Source of the DNA: Macrostomum lignano
Lineage: Eukaryota
Length of the DNA: 64,000 nucleotides
Assembly: GCA_002269645.1 (NCBI GenBank)
Contig: NIVC01000733.1
Location: 124,001-188,000, forward strand
Reading direction: 5' to 3'
Within the stretch, counting starts at the first letter, position 1. Each line of letters begins with the position of its first letter. The notes beneath the pieces were generated by a model. It saw only the letters and a list, made by a program, of their open reading frames with translations, was not told where the DNA came from and made no database searches. Shown piece by piece: positions 52,009-64,000 of this stretch. The position numbers and the translations under genes are program-made.

Positions 52009-53311
52009 ATGAATCCGGACTCCAATGCAACAGACGGTAACGTCACTGATGGCAGGCCTGGCACTTTTGCATCGGTCCTGAGTCCGCTGCACATCCAGGT
52101 GATCTTGGGCTTGTGCTACGCCTCCATGGCCCTGCTAATTGCCTGCCTGTGGCTGTTGAGTCGCCGGCCATTTGTCAGGTATCGGCTGAGCTGCCTGTTG
52201 CTGGTTCGCTGGAACTGCGCGGCAGACTTGGCCTGCCTGCTCAACAAGACCTGCTTTGCGTTGTTGGACCGGCCGGAAATGCTGGAGAATGCCGGGCAGC
52301 ACGTGGCCGCCTGGGTGTGCAAGCTGTACCACTTCAGCGACAATGCGACTTTGACCCTGCAGGTGTGGGCGCTCACCCTGTTTCGCTATGGAACGGGCGG
52401 CGATGTGCCTTCGACTGAAATTTGCGCTGAAACACTTCAACGCTTTCCGCCTGAAAATTGGCGTCACCGTAGCCGGGATTGTTGGTGTCGCTGCGCACCT
52501 CAACTACCTGTGGATGTTCAGCATTGTTGGCGAAGGCCTGAGCAATCGCGGAGGCGGACGCGAAGACGCCACCGACAGCTCCGGAGATTCGTCGGGTGAG
52601 TCGCGGGCCGAACTGATCTGTAGCGTACTGCCCGAGTTCCACTCCGTGTACAGCGTGGCCGTGATCCTGGAAGTCTTCGTCAATATCTATGGCCCAATTC
52701 TGATCTGCGCTGCTTCCACCGCGGCCGTACTGGTTGGTTGGCTCTGCGGCAGGGCGGAGCAGCTCAGTCCGTTTGGTGGCAGCTTGCCCGGATCCGCTCG
52801 CGAGTGCCAGCACCAGCAGCACCAGCAGCAGTTCAGACGCGGCCGGGCCAGCAACAGTCTGAACGGAGCGACGCCCGATGGTCGACCGACTGAGCTGGCA
52901 ACGTTTCAAAGCGCCGAGTTGGTGAACATCAGCGCCAGGGTCCTGTTTCTAGCCTTGGCCTTGCTCTGCTACCCGCCACTGGCAGTGACCGGCTTGTTCA
53001 AAGCTCACACCGTCCACAGCCGTTCCGAGCTGTCTCAGAGTATCTACCCGATTCTCTACTACATTCTGCAGCCGATCAAAAACATTCTGAGCGCTCTGTT
53101 TCACTTTGCATTCGTTGCCTACTTGCTGGTGGCGCACAGGAACTCAGCTTGTCGACGCATTCTGGGGCGCAAGTACGCCGCCGTGCGCCTGCAGACATCG
53201 GGCGACCAGTTGGAGCTTCAAGAGCGCAACGATGGAGAAAGCGGCCGAGATCAGCTGTCCGAACAGCAGCAGGCGGCTGTTCCAATGAAACGACTTGAAA
53301 ATTGTACCTAA
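52009..53311 (+). CDS. Divergent rhodopsin-like 7TM receptor, intronless, split by one +1 frameshift at 52381-52384 (~433 aa if joined)
   Basis: Frame 1 gives an N-glycosylated N-terminus, TM1, TM2 (AADL) and TM3 (WVCKLY...QVWALTLF). The +1 frame continues AMER (DRY-equivalent), TM4 (HLNYLWMF), ECL2 Cys, TM5, TM6 (LCYPP) and TM7. Confidence 0.7.
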
Positions 53312-53399
53312 AAATATTGTAGCATTGTCACACTGTTGTTAAATCGATTTTGTTGTAGTGTCTTTTCTTTTGTACAACTGTTGTTGCATACCAGAACAT

Positions 53400-53770
53400 T
53401 GGGGAGAAAGGGAGAGAGGGGAGAGGGGAGAGAGGGAGAGAGAGGAGAGAGAAGGGAGGAAGGGAGAGAAGGGAGAGGGGAGAGAAGAAGAGAGAGATGA
53501 GAGAGAAAGGAGAAAGAAGGGAGGAAGGGAGAGAAGGGAGAGGGGGAGAGAAGAAGGGAGAGATGAGAGAGAGAGGAGAGAGAAGGGAGGAAGGGAGAGA
53601 AGGGAGAGGGGAGAGAAGGGAGAGGGGAAGAGAAGAAGGGAGAGATGAGAGAGAGAGGAGAGAGAATGGAGGAAGGGAGAGAAGGGGGGAGAGAAGGGAG
53701 AGGGGAAGAGAAGAAGGGAGAGATGAGAGAGAGGAGAGAGAGAAGGGAGGAAGGGAGAGGAGAGAGAGAG
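53400..53770. repeat. GA-rich low-complexity tract
   Basis: Almost pure purine. Confidence 0.88.
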
Positions 53771-54359
53771 TAAAAATCTGCAACCGCAGACCTCTAAAAA
53801 GCATTCTACAAGCGTCGTATTATTGATATTATTCATTTTGATAATTTTGCCACGTTATTCGATGTTATGAAAAATATTTATCCGCATAATACTTTAGCCA
53901 ATAGGGTATGTATTTTTCTGTAGACGCGTCAATTAAAGGTTAAACCGTCCCGCAGTGTTTGACTGATCTGCAGTGGGCGAACAAATCACTTTGCTACATA
54001 CACAGCAGCTGCTGTTTTCAATGTCTGAATTGATTGATTGGGTGTTAGTATTTTATATCGATTGGCACGATGGCAATGCTAAGTTCTGACAATAAGCGTA
54101 GATTGTATTTATTGGATTTGTTTGAAATAAATTATTAAATCTATACATGTCTCACAGTTTGAGTCAAACGCATTGGGACTGCAGTCAACTAAGGGAAGAA
54201 ACAAATATACTCGTAGGAAATTGTACTCCAATAGGTTTTGCGTTATTCTAAAATAGTTTTGTACAAATTTATTTAGCATTGAGTAGGTAATTAATTATCA
54301 CACTACAAGATAAAGGAGTCATTGGGTGCATGCAGAAGTGCAAATAAGTTGTTGAGATG

Positions 54360-54845
54360 AAGAAAAAGGAGGGAAGAGAAAAGGGAGAGGAAGGGAGAGA
54401 GGAAGGGAGAGAGGAAGGGAGAGGAAGGGAGAGGAAGGGAGAGGAAGGGAGAGGAAGGGAGAGGAAGGGAGAGGAAGGGAGAGGAAGGGAGAGGAAGGGA
54501 GAGGAAGGGAGAGGAAGGGAGAGGAAGGGAGAGGAAGGGAGAGGAAGGGAGAGGAACGGAGAGGAACGGAGAGGAAGGGAGAGGAACGGAGAGGAACGGA
54601 GAGGAACGGAGAGGAAGGGAGAGGAACGGAGAGGAAATGCGAGGAAGGGAGAGGAAGGGAGAGGAAATGCAAGGAAGAGAGAGGAAGGGAGAGGAAGGGA
54701 GAGGAACGGAGAGGAACGAAGAGGAAGGGAGAGAGAAAGTGAGGGAGTGAGAGAGGAGGGGTAAAAGAAGCAAAAGTAGGAACACTTAAAAGGGACATGA
54801 AAGGGGGAGAGAGAGAAGAGAGTTAGGGAGAAAAGGAAGGGAGAG
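54360..54845. repeat. 10-bp repeat GAGAGGAAGG / purine tract
   Basis: Direct repeat with GAACG variants. Confidence 0.92.
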
Positions 54846-55429
54846 AATGATAAATGACATTGCAAGCAAGTGTGGTGTGATCAACAGCAGAACAATGTCA
54901 GAAGTGCACATTGATTCATGTCAGAATTAAAAGCAAAAGCAGAAAATTTCACCCCTTGTATGGGCTGAAGCATAAATTATTAGTCTGTAATAATGACTTA
55001 AAATAATTGAGTCAACTAAAAAAACAGCTGAAGCCACTAGCTATCTGATTATTACAGAGTTCGGTTACATCTAATTACAGACAGTTTTACTGTCTATTCA
55101 ACTTCATTCAGTACCCTTTTTCCTAAATGTTGTACAGTTGCGTCAAGTCCACACAGCACTACGCCTCTGACGTAGATAGGCTGCAGGCTTTTCGCGAGTA
55201 TTTTCAGCCCCACTCCAACACCCCTTCCCGGATTTACAGCAGACTAAAGCCGTGGCCTCCTGTGTGGAGTTGAGATAAAAGCAGGACAAGTTCAGCGAAC
55301 TGTAGTTCCTTCGTTTCGGCCGTCAGAGAATCTTCCGTGTAAGAGAAATGCAATACCATACTTGGTAATGAGCGATTAGAGCAAGCACTAAATATTAGTG
55401 TACTCCAACAGCTCTGTAATGCACTGTAG

Positions 55430-55705
55430 ACGCCTAAATCTGTGTCATTATTGGCGACCTAAATCTGTCAACATTGGCGCCCTAAATCTGTCAACATTGG
55501 CGCCCTAAATCTGTCAACATTGGCGCCCTAAATCTGTCATTAAAGGCACCATAAATCTGTCATCATTGGCGCCCTAAATCTGTCATCATTGCCGCCCTTA
55601 ATCTGTCAACATTGGCGCCCTAAATCTGCCATCATTAGCACCCTAAATCTGTCATCATTGGCGCCCTAAATCTGTGTCATCATTGCCGCCCTAAATCTGT
55701 GTCAC
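55430..55705. repeat. ~23-bp minisatellite TTGGCGCCCTAAATCTGTCAACA
   Basis: About 11 copies. Confidence 0.9.
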
Positions 55706-58219
55706 AGAATAAGAGGTTAAACAAGACTTTCATGCAACAGAATTCAGTGTCAGTATTACTGAAGTGTCAGAATTCAGTATTCAGTGCTTCTCGGCACTGG
55801 TGTTTATGTAGCAAATTACAACTTTTAAGATGGACACTGCGTCAATTCTCACTAAATCTTTCTGATAAGAACGAAGCGCATTGATCGCTAAAATTAGTCT
55901 CAGTTCCTGTCGGAACAACCTGAATCGCTACGACTATGCAAGCGAATATTCGCAATGTCGCCTCAGGCGTCACATTCAACTAAAATAAGAAGCAGATACA
56001 GCTGAGCGAATACAGTTGCCCCCTCCCCCCACCCGCGGCGAAGACTCAAAAAATACAATAACAACTTTTTCTTACGCGCCGTGCCCCCAAATCATTAAAG
56101 TGCGCCCCCGCCCCCGACACGGCCTTGAAGTTCGAATACAAAACTCAAGGACTACTTAACAACTCAACTCAACTAAGCTCACGTGCCCAAGGTTTAAAAG
56201 TGCCTTTAGTTAGGCAAAATATCGTGCAGCCAAAAGGGGTGTGGCCGTGTTTTTCTTCACTTTTAGCTGCAACTTGATCATGCTGCGAGTTGCAAAGCTA
56301 TATTGGAAATGATTTCATAGTTTCAGCCAATATAGTTGGTCATGCATAGGACCGATCAGGATTAGTGCTACGTACACATGACTGTTTTGATGCTAGGGTC
56401 AGAGCAGCTGATCGCAAGAAACGTAGTCAAGAGAAGATCATAGAGACATTCTTGATACTGACGAGAGAGCATCATGTACTGCAGACTGTAAAATATTCAT
56501 GAGACTTTTTCCGACGTTTTAAGGTCAAATTCAGGCATACAGGCGTCGCCAAGGGGCCCGGTCTGTGTCTGAAACAGCAATTTATGGTGGCACCGGTACT
56601 AATTCTTTGTCATCTATTTGCCAGAAAAATTAAAAAATCTATGAATATCTCCGTGATCAAAGAACCGATAAAAAACGGTCCGAAATGTTTATATTAGCTA
56701 AAAATAGCAAAAGAAAACAATATATGGAAAGTTCTTGATATTCCAGATGACATAAGCCCAGATGTCAAGCATAGAAAAGTGTCGTCTAAATAGAACTTAG
56801 CAAGTCACGGTAAAAAATCACTTCCCTGTCCTCGCTATGTAAGTTCTGGAGCCAAACTTGTTTAATGACCTTATAATAGGGTTTTAATATTGACTGCACT
56901 ATGAACTTAGTATTCATTTGGTATCAACATATAGAATACATATATGCAAGTCCTCCGTAGATCCAACAGACAAGTGCAGAAGCTATAGAGACGTAAACTT
57001 GCCATGGTCTATTCCCCGATCCTCAACAACAACAGCTAAATTAAACTGCTGTGACATCCTTATAACTACTAATCAGACTTGCCGGCAACGTCAGAAACAA
57101 TGCTGAAAACTTTTTGTTTTTGTTCGCATAAAAAGTGCTCAGAAAAAAAACTTCATTGTGCACACGGGGTCGACCAGTGAATCTCATGGAATACGAACGA
57201 CTGACTGAAAGCTGAAAAAATCAGTGCTGCAGGGATGCGCGAAAAAATTAACGGTTAGTTGCAGACATTTGCTATTTGTAAAAGCCACTCTCTTTTCTCT
57301 TCTCACGGCTCTACTTTGATTTAATTTGCTTAAAGGAAAACGCGTGTCGACCTACTATTGTGTTCTTCATTTTCAGCTTCAGCAAACTAATGAAACAAAC
57401 TTACTCAAATAAAGCAATATTGACAATCGGTTTTGCTCAAATGCATGATTCTTTATTGCTTTCTAGACACAGCGGAAGTAAAAATATACAATTTGTCAGA
57501 TTTTTTTTTCAAAAAAGTGATTTGAAAATTAAAAAATAACCGCCTCCTTCTTTTAAGAAATACTAGAAGCCTGTTTTTTGGATTTTCGCCCACTAAATTA
57601 ATTGCGTTTTGTTAATATTTCGTTGGACGGATGTCAACTTAGATTAACGGTTGTACTACAAATAAGAATTATCAAGCCGAAAAATTGAAAGTTGAAGTGT
57701 CTTTACCTATGAATCACGTATGCACACGAAATTTATGTAAAAATTTGGATTATGATAGCGACAGCTATGTAACTGGATCTATTCTACCAAAGATTCGAGT
57801 CCACGGCCCATGGCAAGTAAAATATATCAATAAAACTACGGGGAGTCCACTATGAAATATACCAATATTGATGGGCTGCAGAGGGCAGAAATGAGCTATA
57901 ACGCCGAGGCTAACGTGTCAGCTCGTATCTGCCCGATGCGGCCCATCCATGTTATAGTTAGCGGGCGTGAAACCGCGTTTCACAGCTCGCTGAGACTGTC
58001 TATGGTAAAATCCCATTTACTCCAACGCATTCGATCAGTCGGTTTAACGACCCGCTGAAAATATCTATGGCAAAGTCAGAAGAAAGCGGGGTCAAGGGGG
58101 CGCTTAGCCCCTTTGCGAGGGTTTGAGGGCGGAGCCCCCACATTTGCACACCACCAGCACTCTAGACAAAGAAAGAAAGAATGAAATCTAACAAAATTTC
58201 TATGGCCAAAACCTTTTCA

Positions 58220-59053
58220 ACTTCGGATTTGTCAAAAGTGAGTTCAAATTCGTCAGCGTATGCAAAACTATATAGCGCTCAAGGAAAATAGAATGAGTGT
58301 CTATGGTAAATTTTTAGAGAAAGTGACTTCGAATTCGTCTAAGTTCGAGCTAAGTGAAATTCGTCAGTGCAAATACAGCCTGATCAGAAAAAGTGCTGCT
58401 TTGTCCATGGTAAGAAAAGAAAGTTAATTTCTTGAAATCTTCATTTCATGCTTTGATTATTGTCAAAGATGCCCTACATGAGAATTTCGCCTGTGGATCG
58501 CTCTAGACTCGTGCGTTGTTTTCAACAAGGACGAGACTGGAGACAACTCGCAATTGAACTGGATATCAAGAGGACAACTGCCAGTGACATCATCAGGAGA
58601 TATGTTGATGAGGGTAGGATCGATCTTAACGCGCGTGGAGGTGCAGTGAGACTAAAGTTTTCTGAGGAGATGCTCGGGGCGTTGACGAGGTATGTGAAAG
58701 AGAAGCCGACTGTGACCCTCAAAGAAATGCAGCAAAAGCTTGTTGCAGATTTTCCTGCTGCTCTTGCTGTGACAACGCAGGCAATCAGTCGTCGGCTTGA
58801 CGGGACTTTGTGCGTTACATTGGCTGTTTACTTAAATTTACCATAGACACCTTCTTTTCTTACCAAGGACAAAGCAAACACTTTTTCTGATCAGGCTGCA
58901 TTTGCACTGACGAATTTTACTTACTTAGACGAATTCAATGTCACTTTCTCTAAAAATTTACCATAGACACTCATTCTCTTCATATTATCATAGAGCGCTA
59001 TATAGTTTTGCATAAGCTGACGAATTTGAACTCACTTTTGACGAATCCGAAGT
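58220..59053 (+). mobile_element. Tc1/mariner-like internal-deletion derivative with ~200-bp inverted repeats
   Basis: 58220-58430 and ~58852-59053 are ~85-90% reverse complements by eye, with repeated GTGTCTATGGTAAATTT motifs. They flank a transposase N-terminus. Exact termini and TA TSD not resolved. Confidence 0.75.
58469..58846 (+). pseudogene. Truncated Tc1/IS630-type transposase (two HTH DNA-binding domains, no DDE domain)
   Basis: MPYMRISPVDRSRLVRCFQQGRDWRQLAIELDIKRTTASDIIRRY...RGG...KPTVTLKEMQQKL...AISRRL; the frame runs into the right inverted repeat. Confidence 0.75.
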
Positions 59054-59247
59054 AACTGATACTAAACATTATTAAGCACCAATAAGCTTTACTTTTAAAA
59101 TAGACAAGTTTTGGAAACTTTAATCTCATATGCATACGAGGTTTTTTACTTATTGAAGTCGGCCATAGATTATTGCAGCGGGCGGGATGCCGTGTGTGTT
59201 TCACCCCGTTTCAACACGCCTAGGCTAACTATAATGTAAATCTCGAT

Positions 59248-59803
59248 GGGGTGCTTTCACAAGGTCGAAATTTCACAACGTCGAAACTTCACAAGGTCGA
59301 AATTTCACAACATCGAAAACTTTAGCAAGAGACTTCATAAGGTCGAAATTTCATAAGGTCGAAATTTCACAACATCGAAAACTCAAATAGCAGCCACTTT
59401 CACAAGGTCGAAACTTCACAAGGTCGAAATTTCACAACATCGAAATATCTAGCAAGAGATTTCATAAGGTCGAAATTTCACAAGGTCGAAATTTCACAAC
59501 ATCGAAAAATCTAGCAAGAGATTTCATAAGGTCGAAATTTCACAAGGTCGAAATTTCATAACATCGAAAACTCAAGTGCAGCCACTTTCACAAAGTCGAA
59601 ACTTCATAAGCTCGAAATTTCACAAAGTCGAAAATTTTATCTATCAAGAACCATACAGTAGTTTTCTACGTTGTGAAATTTCGACCTTATGAAATTTCGA
59701 CCTTATGAAGTCTCTTGCTAAAGTTTTAGATGTGGTGAAATTTCGACCTTGTGAAAGAAGGTGCTTTCGACGTTGTGAAATTTCGAGTTTGTGAAACCCC
59801 CCC
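59248..59803. mobile_element. Second GG..CC foldback element with tandem-repeat arms (Merlin-like MITE, 556 bp)
   Basis: 8-bp TSD ATCTCGAT (59240-59247, 59804-59811). Ends GGGG.../...CCCC. 16-bp TTCACAAGGTCGAAAT units are forward in 59255-59640 and inverted in 59670-59797. Confidence 0.85.
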
Positions 59804-62346
59804 ATCTCGATTAGGTATTCGTCTCAAATTGAGCTGTCACCATGTGTTTATAATCTCTATGGGATTGACTCACAACAGGACTGTCTCTATAAATCCATTT
59901 ATAAGGATTTTATTACGAAACTTCGAAAAGTCGAAAATCTCTTTTTACTGCATGGCTGTGTGATCTGCATGCCTTTATTTTGCCTAATTAATTAACGTAA
60001 TTTACGATCAACCATCATCGAAAAAGGCTGGGGAATGTGAAACCTTATACATATAATTTCCTAACTTCTAATTTCCAAATTTCCTAAATTATGAATTGGC
60101 ACTGCCATAAATCAAAGCGATGTGAATATAGTCGAAGCGCAACCTGTAGCGGATAGACAAGAATTTTAATGCACTTTTTACATATATACATATAATATGC
60201 ATATTGATGCTCATAATTACACAATTATTACTGTCTAGCAATTACGAGATGTATATACTTGGTTCTAATTAAACCTAAAAAAGAACCTACAATTATGGCT
60301 TATCTCTTTTGATAATACGGCAACATATGGATCTCTGCTCGCTGTAGACGAACGGCCCTGCATGGTTCGATTCACATTCCACATTCACATTCCTGGGCCA
60401 CGGTACATTCATTTGGGGCTTGTGCACGTGTACACGAAAAAATTGCCAGCGGGTTGTCTTGTACGTGGTTCACGCACCTATTGGGCCAACCAGCTCCAAA
60501 TGCACAGTGCGTACACATGCCTGACGATTAGAAAAACAAAAGGGCCGCTGTGTACACTCTGTGTGAGCGTGTGTATGATGAGTGCGTGCCTCATGCGTAC
60601 AGTATAGTATTGTGCTTAGGAGTCAGCGGAATGGGCAATGCGGAATTGCCGTCAGCGCTGGCATGGTAAGACCTCAAAGGAAACTTAAAGGAATCAAATG
60701 AGCTAACATACATGTTAAGCCATACAGGTGCAGAGCTAGGCGTCACCACAGACTTATGAAAAGGAATAGCTATAGATGCATTCAATAACATTAAAGACGC
60801 TCTAGCTATAACTTTTCCAGAGCGATATTGTTTGCATGTCTTCGAATTAAATTACATATGTAATATTAATACCCCTGGCCACTCATATTTCGTCTCTGCA
60901 GGATGATAATCAGGCTTGGGAATCTGGCTACAATAGCTCCTTTATTACCGTCTGTACCAAAAGCTTCGCTGAGCACTCCTGAAAAAAATTACACGACAAC
61001 AAGGGATGGTTAGATGTCAAAGTAAGCTAGTGTTGGCTGTTGATACAGCTGAATAAAACAATTCACTTATGTAGACAAAGAACTGAGATGCTGAGAAATG
61101 TACAGTAAGGCCTTTTTATATAATGCTTGTTCTGGTTCTAGATCCAGATCAAATTTGTAAAGCATAGCTTTTGTCTCCTAATCTAGAAGGATATATATGT
61201 ATACGTTGCTGTAAAGTTGTAATTAGTGAATTCACAAAAAGGTTGCGCCACGAAAATAGATAGAAAATTCTCCATATGAAATGCATGGAAAAAGTTATCG
61301 TGGAATTAATTGGACCCCAAAATTGCCTTCGAATATGAATGGCAATAGCCAAAAAGAAATTGAAAATTGTGCAAAGTGAGACTGTTAAGACAGTCAAACA
61401 TTCACCGAAGTTAAATAGTTATACTGTTTTTTTCTTGAAAGATCAGAACCGGATCTGGGAATTGGTAATGTAAAAAGTGTTATAAGTCTGATTATAAATT
61501 TAAACATTGATTATTAGTCGGTTGATAACAATGGATAATAATTTGCCTTTTTCATAAAATATTGAGACAATAATATTATGCACCAACCAACCATGCAAGG
61601 ACGGACTGACCGGAAACCTCGTTTCTTGGAAATTTTTAGGAGGCCTTTTAGGCCTGCCTTTTAGAAGGATTTTCAGATTTTTACGTAGATAAACAGTTTC
61701 CTTTTTCAGCACAAAATTGTTATTACGCTCGTATTGGCAAATTGCTTTTGATAAGAGACCGACCCACTGTTTATCTTTTCATATGCTTTACTTTTCTTAT
61801 ATAGGCCCCTAGCTCTATTGATATTCATAAAGCTGTTTGTTAAAAAATTGTATTCTATTCTATTTTAATTTTTCATATTTTTTTCAATTCAGCTTCAATT
61901 ATATTTAAACTTGCAGCGAGGCAAGCGACTGCTACTGCTAGGCCTAGCCCTAGACGTGAATACAACAACAACATTAGGCCTAATAGGCAATCTTCAAGTT
62001 TCGTTCGTTAAATTATTTTTTCAATGATTTCTGAACTATCTTGCTCTGAGATGATTATTTTCGAGCTCTCCAGTGTACCCAGCCCTCTCCTAATGATATT
62101 AGGCCTAGCATTTAACTTGCAATAAAGAACTAGATTATAGAATTCATAGAAATGCATAGTAATGCATGCCTAGACCCCAGAAGGCTAATTAAGGACAAGG
62201 TTGACAGTTGTTTTGTCTGCTGCCAGATTGTCTGCCAGTGCCACTTTTTCATCTGTAAAAATATAGTACTTCTATCATTGATAGTAATTTTGGCTGCTAT
62301 ATTTTTTAATATGATGTCACCTAGGCTATCACATATCAGTATTAAG

Positions 62347-62744
62347 TAGAGGTCGGACGGGATCCCGATCCTGATCCCGAAATCTCGGGATGCCGAGGAA
62401 AATTGAATTCCCGCGGGACCAGAATCCCGACCCTAAAAAACTCAAGATTCGGGAACAGGTCTTTCGATTAATAATTTATAGAATTAGTGATTACTTGAAG
62501 GTATTTTGCTTTAACTTGTACTCGTTACATTATTTACTTTGTTGGTTACAAAAGTCAAAACTTCATATCAATTTCATTGTGTTTTACTTCTTGATCTTGA
62601 CAATCTTTTCTCAATTTTGTTTAACTTTACATGGACAATACACTAAAAGACCTGATCCCGATTCCCGAATCCCAATTCCGATCCCGAGAAAAAAATTATT
62701 CCCAATCCCGATCCCGCCGAAGATTTCAATCCGTCCGACCTCTA
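62347..62744. mobile_element. hAT-like MITE (398 bp)
   Basis: 14-bp perfect TIR TAGAGGTCGGACGG; 8-bp TSD GTATTAAG (62339-62346, 62745-62752); subterminal GATCCC repeats. Confidence 0.9.
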
Positions 62745-63091
62745 GTATTAAGTTTGAATAAAATAGTGAAAGGACAAAAATTCTTTTTTATTATGGTGAC
62801 AACTAACAACTAATGATAATGTTAGTTATTGTTAGGAAACTAGAAGTGTGAATATAGGCCAACTTTTTTTTAATTTTAGAAATTAAAAAGGTTTAGTTAT
62901 AATTTGGTTATTTTTTGCTAAGAAAAAATAAATGTTTGTTTATCTGAAATCCCATGAAATAAGGCCTATTTATACACATGGCAGCTGTGTCTATTTTATT
63001 ATAGGCTATAACTATGTCTAGCTACAATAATATAGTTATCTATAAAAACTAGGTAGTTTCTTATTATAATATGGAGACTAAGTCTTGCAAA

Positions 63092-63285
63092 CAGTGGCGC
63101 AACCAGGAGGGGGGGCGGGGGGGGGGCGGTCGCCCCCCCCTTAGGCGGGGGACCGAAAAAAAATCAAAGGGGGACCAAGCGAATTTTCGCCAAAAACAGA
63201 GCCACCCCTCCGCTGCCCCCCCCCTCCCGGGACTTTACCCTCAGAATCCGCCCCCCCCCTTGAAAAATTTCTGGTTGCGCTACTG
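63092..63285. mobile_element. hAT-like MITE (194 bp, GC-rich)
   Basis: 15-bp TIR CAGTGGCGCAACCAG (one mismatch); 8-bp TSD CTTGCAAA (63084-63091, 63286-63293). Confidence 0.9.
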
Positions 63286-64000
63286 CTTGCAAAGAACATT
63301 TGCATATAATACTATGTTCTATTAGTGTAAAATTGGAGTTGAAGAAAAATTAGAAAATAAACAAGAATTTTAAAGTGCAAAACATAATAGAAAACAATGA
63401 ATATCAATTATAGCAACATGTGATAATAGTCATAGGCCCTATTTGGATATATAAGAACATGTTTAATGATAGAAATAACTTAAGTCTTTATACTGAAAAA
63501 ATATTATGTCAATGCAGTGTATACTTGTAATGACATGTAATAGCATAGTAATGAGTCTTTATCCAAAAAAAATCTATGCTCTTTCCATTTTCCCTTATAA
63601 TACTAAGCAGTAGTGTAAATGTATATATAATTTGATAAATGCAACAAAAATAAATATAAAAAGAATATACTATAAAAAAGAAAAAAGAAAAAAGAAATAA
63701 AAAGAAATACTATTTAAAGTTTCTAAGTAAACAATCACAAATTTCTTTGTTCCAAATTGATTAAAAGTACAAAATCTAGTCTTATATTTGAAGAACTCAC
63801 CAATTGGTCAATAACAAAGTCTAAATTAAGATAGTTGGACAAGCCTTGATTGATAAAAAGTTTAATTAAGATACTTCTTTCAACAGTGCCATAAAAATTT
63901 AAAGCAAAATGCTACTAATGCCTCAGTTGCTCCAGGTTGTTCCCCAAGCTCAATTTCAATCCAAGACTCCAAAATGACTATTGCAACAATGAAACCTGAT

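Noticed and set aside
52363-52472. Small intron explaining the GPCR frame change (cag|gtgtgg ... cgtag|)
   Set aside because: A phase 0 donor would join a phase 1 acceptor, so the frame is not restored, and it would delete the ER motif.
56038-56049. GCGAAGACTCAA resembling my recollection of part of a flatworm spliced-leader sequence
   Set aside because: Only 12 nt, with no following ATG/GT donor or Sm site; likely chance.

Overview
Eukaryotic (invertebrate animal) genomic DNA with GT-AG introns, GC-rich exons and dense micro/minisatellites. The style resembles the flatworm Macrostomum, but that is unverified inference. Genes reconstructed by splice-phase matching: (1) last exon of a mitochondrial rescue release factor (MTRFR/C12orf65-like); (2) an 8-exon, ~940-aa protein made of eight EF-hand-pair modules (minus strand) with an upstream RFX X-box-like motif, probably ciliary; (3) a 2-exon CENP-B-type HTH/polyQ protein with no transposase domain; (4) a 6-exon, ~700-aa long-chain acyl-CoA synthetase; (5) a CCDC62-like coiled-coil gene; (6) an intronless 7TM receptor split by a single +1 frameshift. 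Highlights: a complete 3486-bp P-superfamily transposon in ACSL intron 1 (perfect 32-bp TIRs, 8-bp TSD, subterminal inverted repeats, intact THAP-DDE ORF); a GPCR frameshift falling exactly on a UUU_CGN motif of the PA-X/amalgavirus +1 frameshift type (an assembly indel is the simpler explanation); two GG..CC-ended tandem-repeat foldback elements with 8-bp TSDs (Merlin-like); hAT-type MITEs; and a Tc1-like deletion derivative keeping only the DNA-binding domain. No rRNA, tRNA or CRISPR array is supported.
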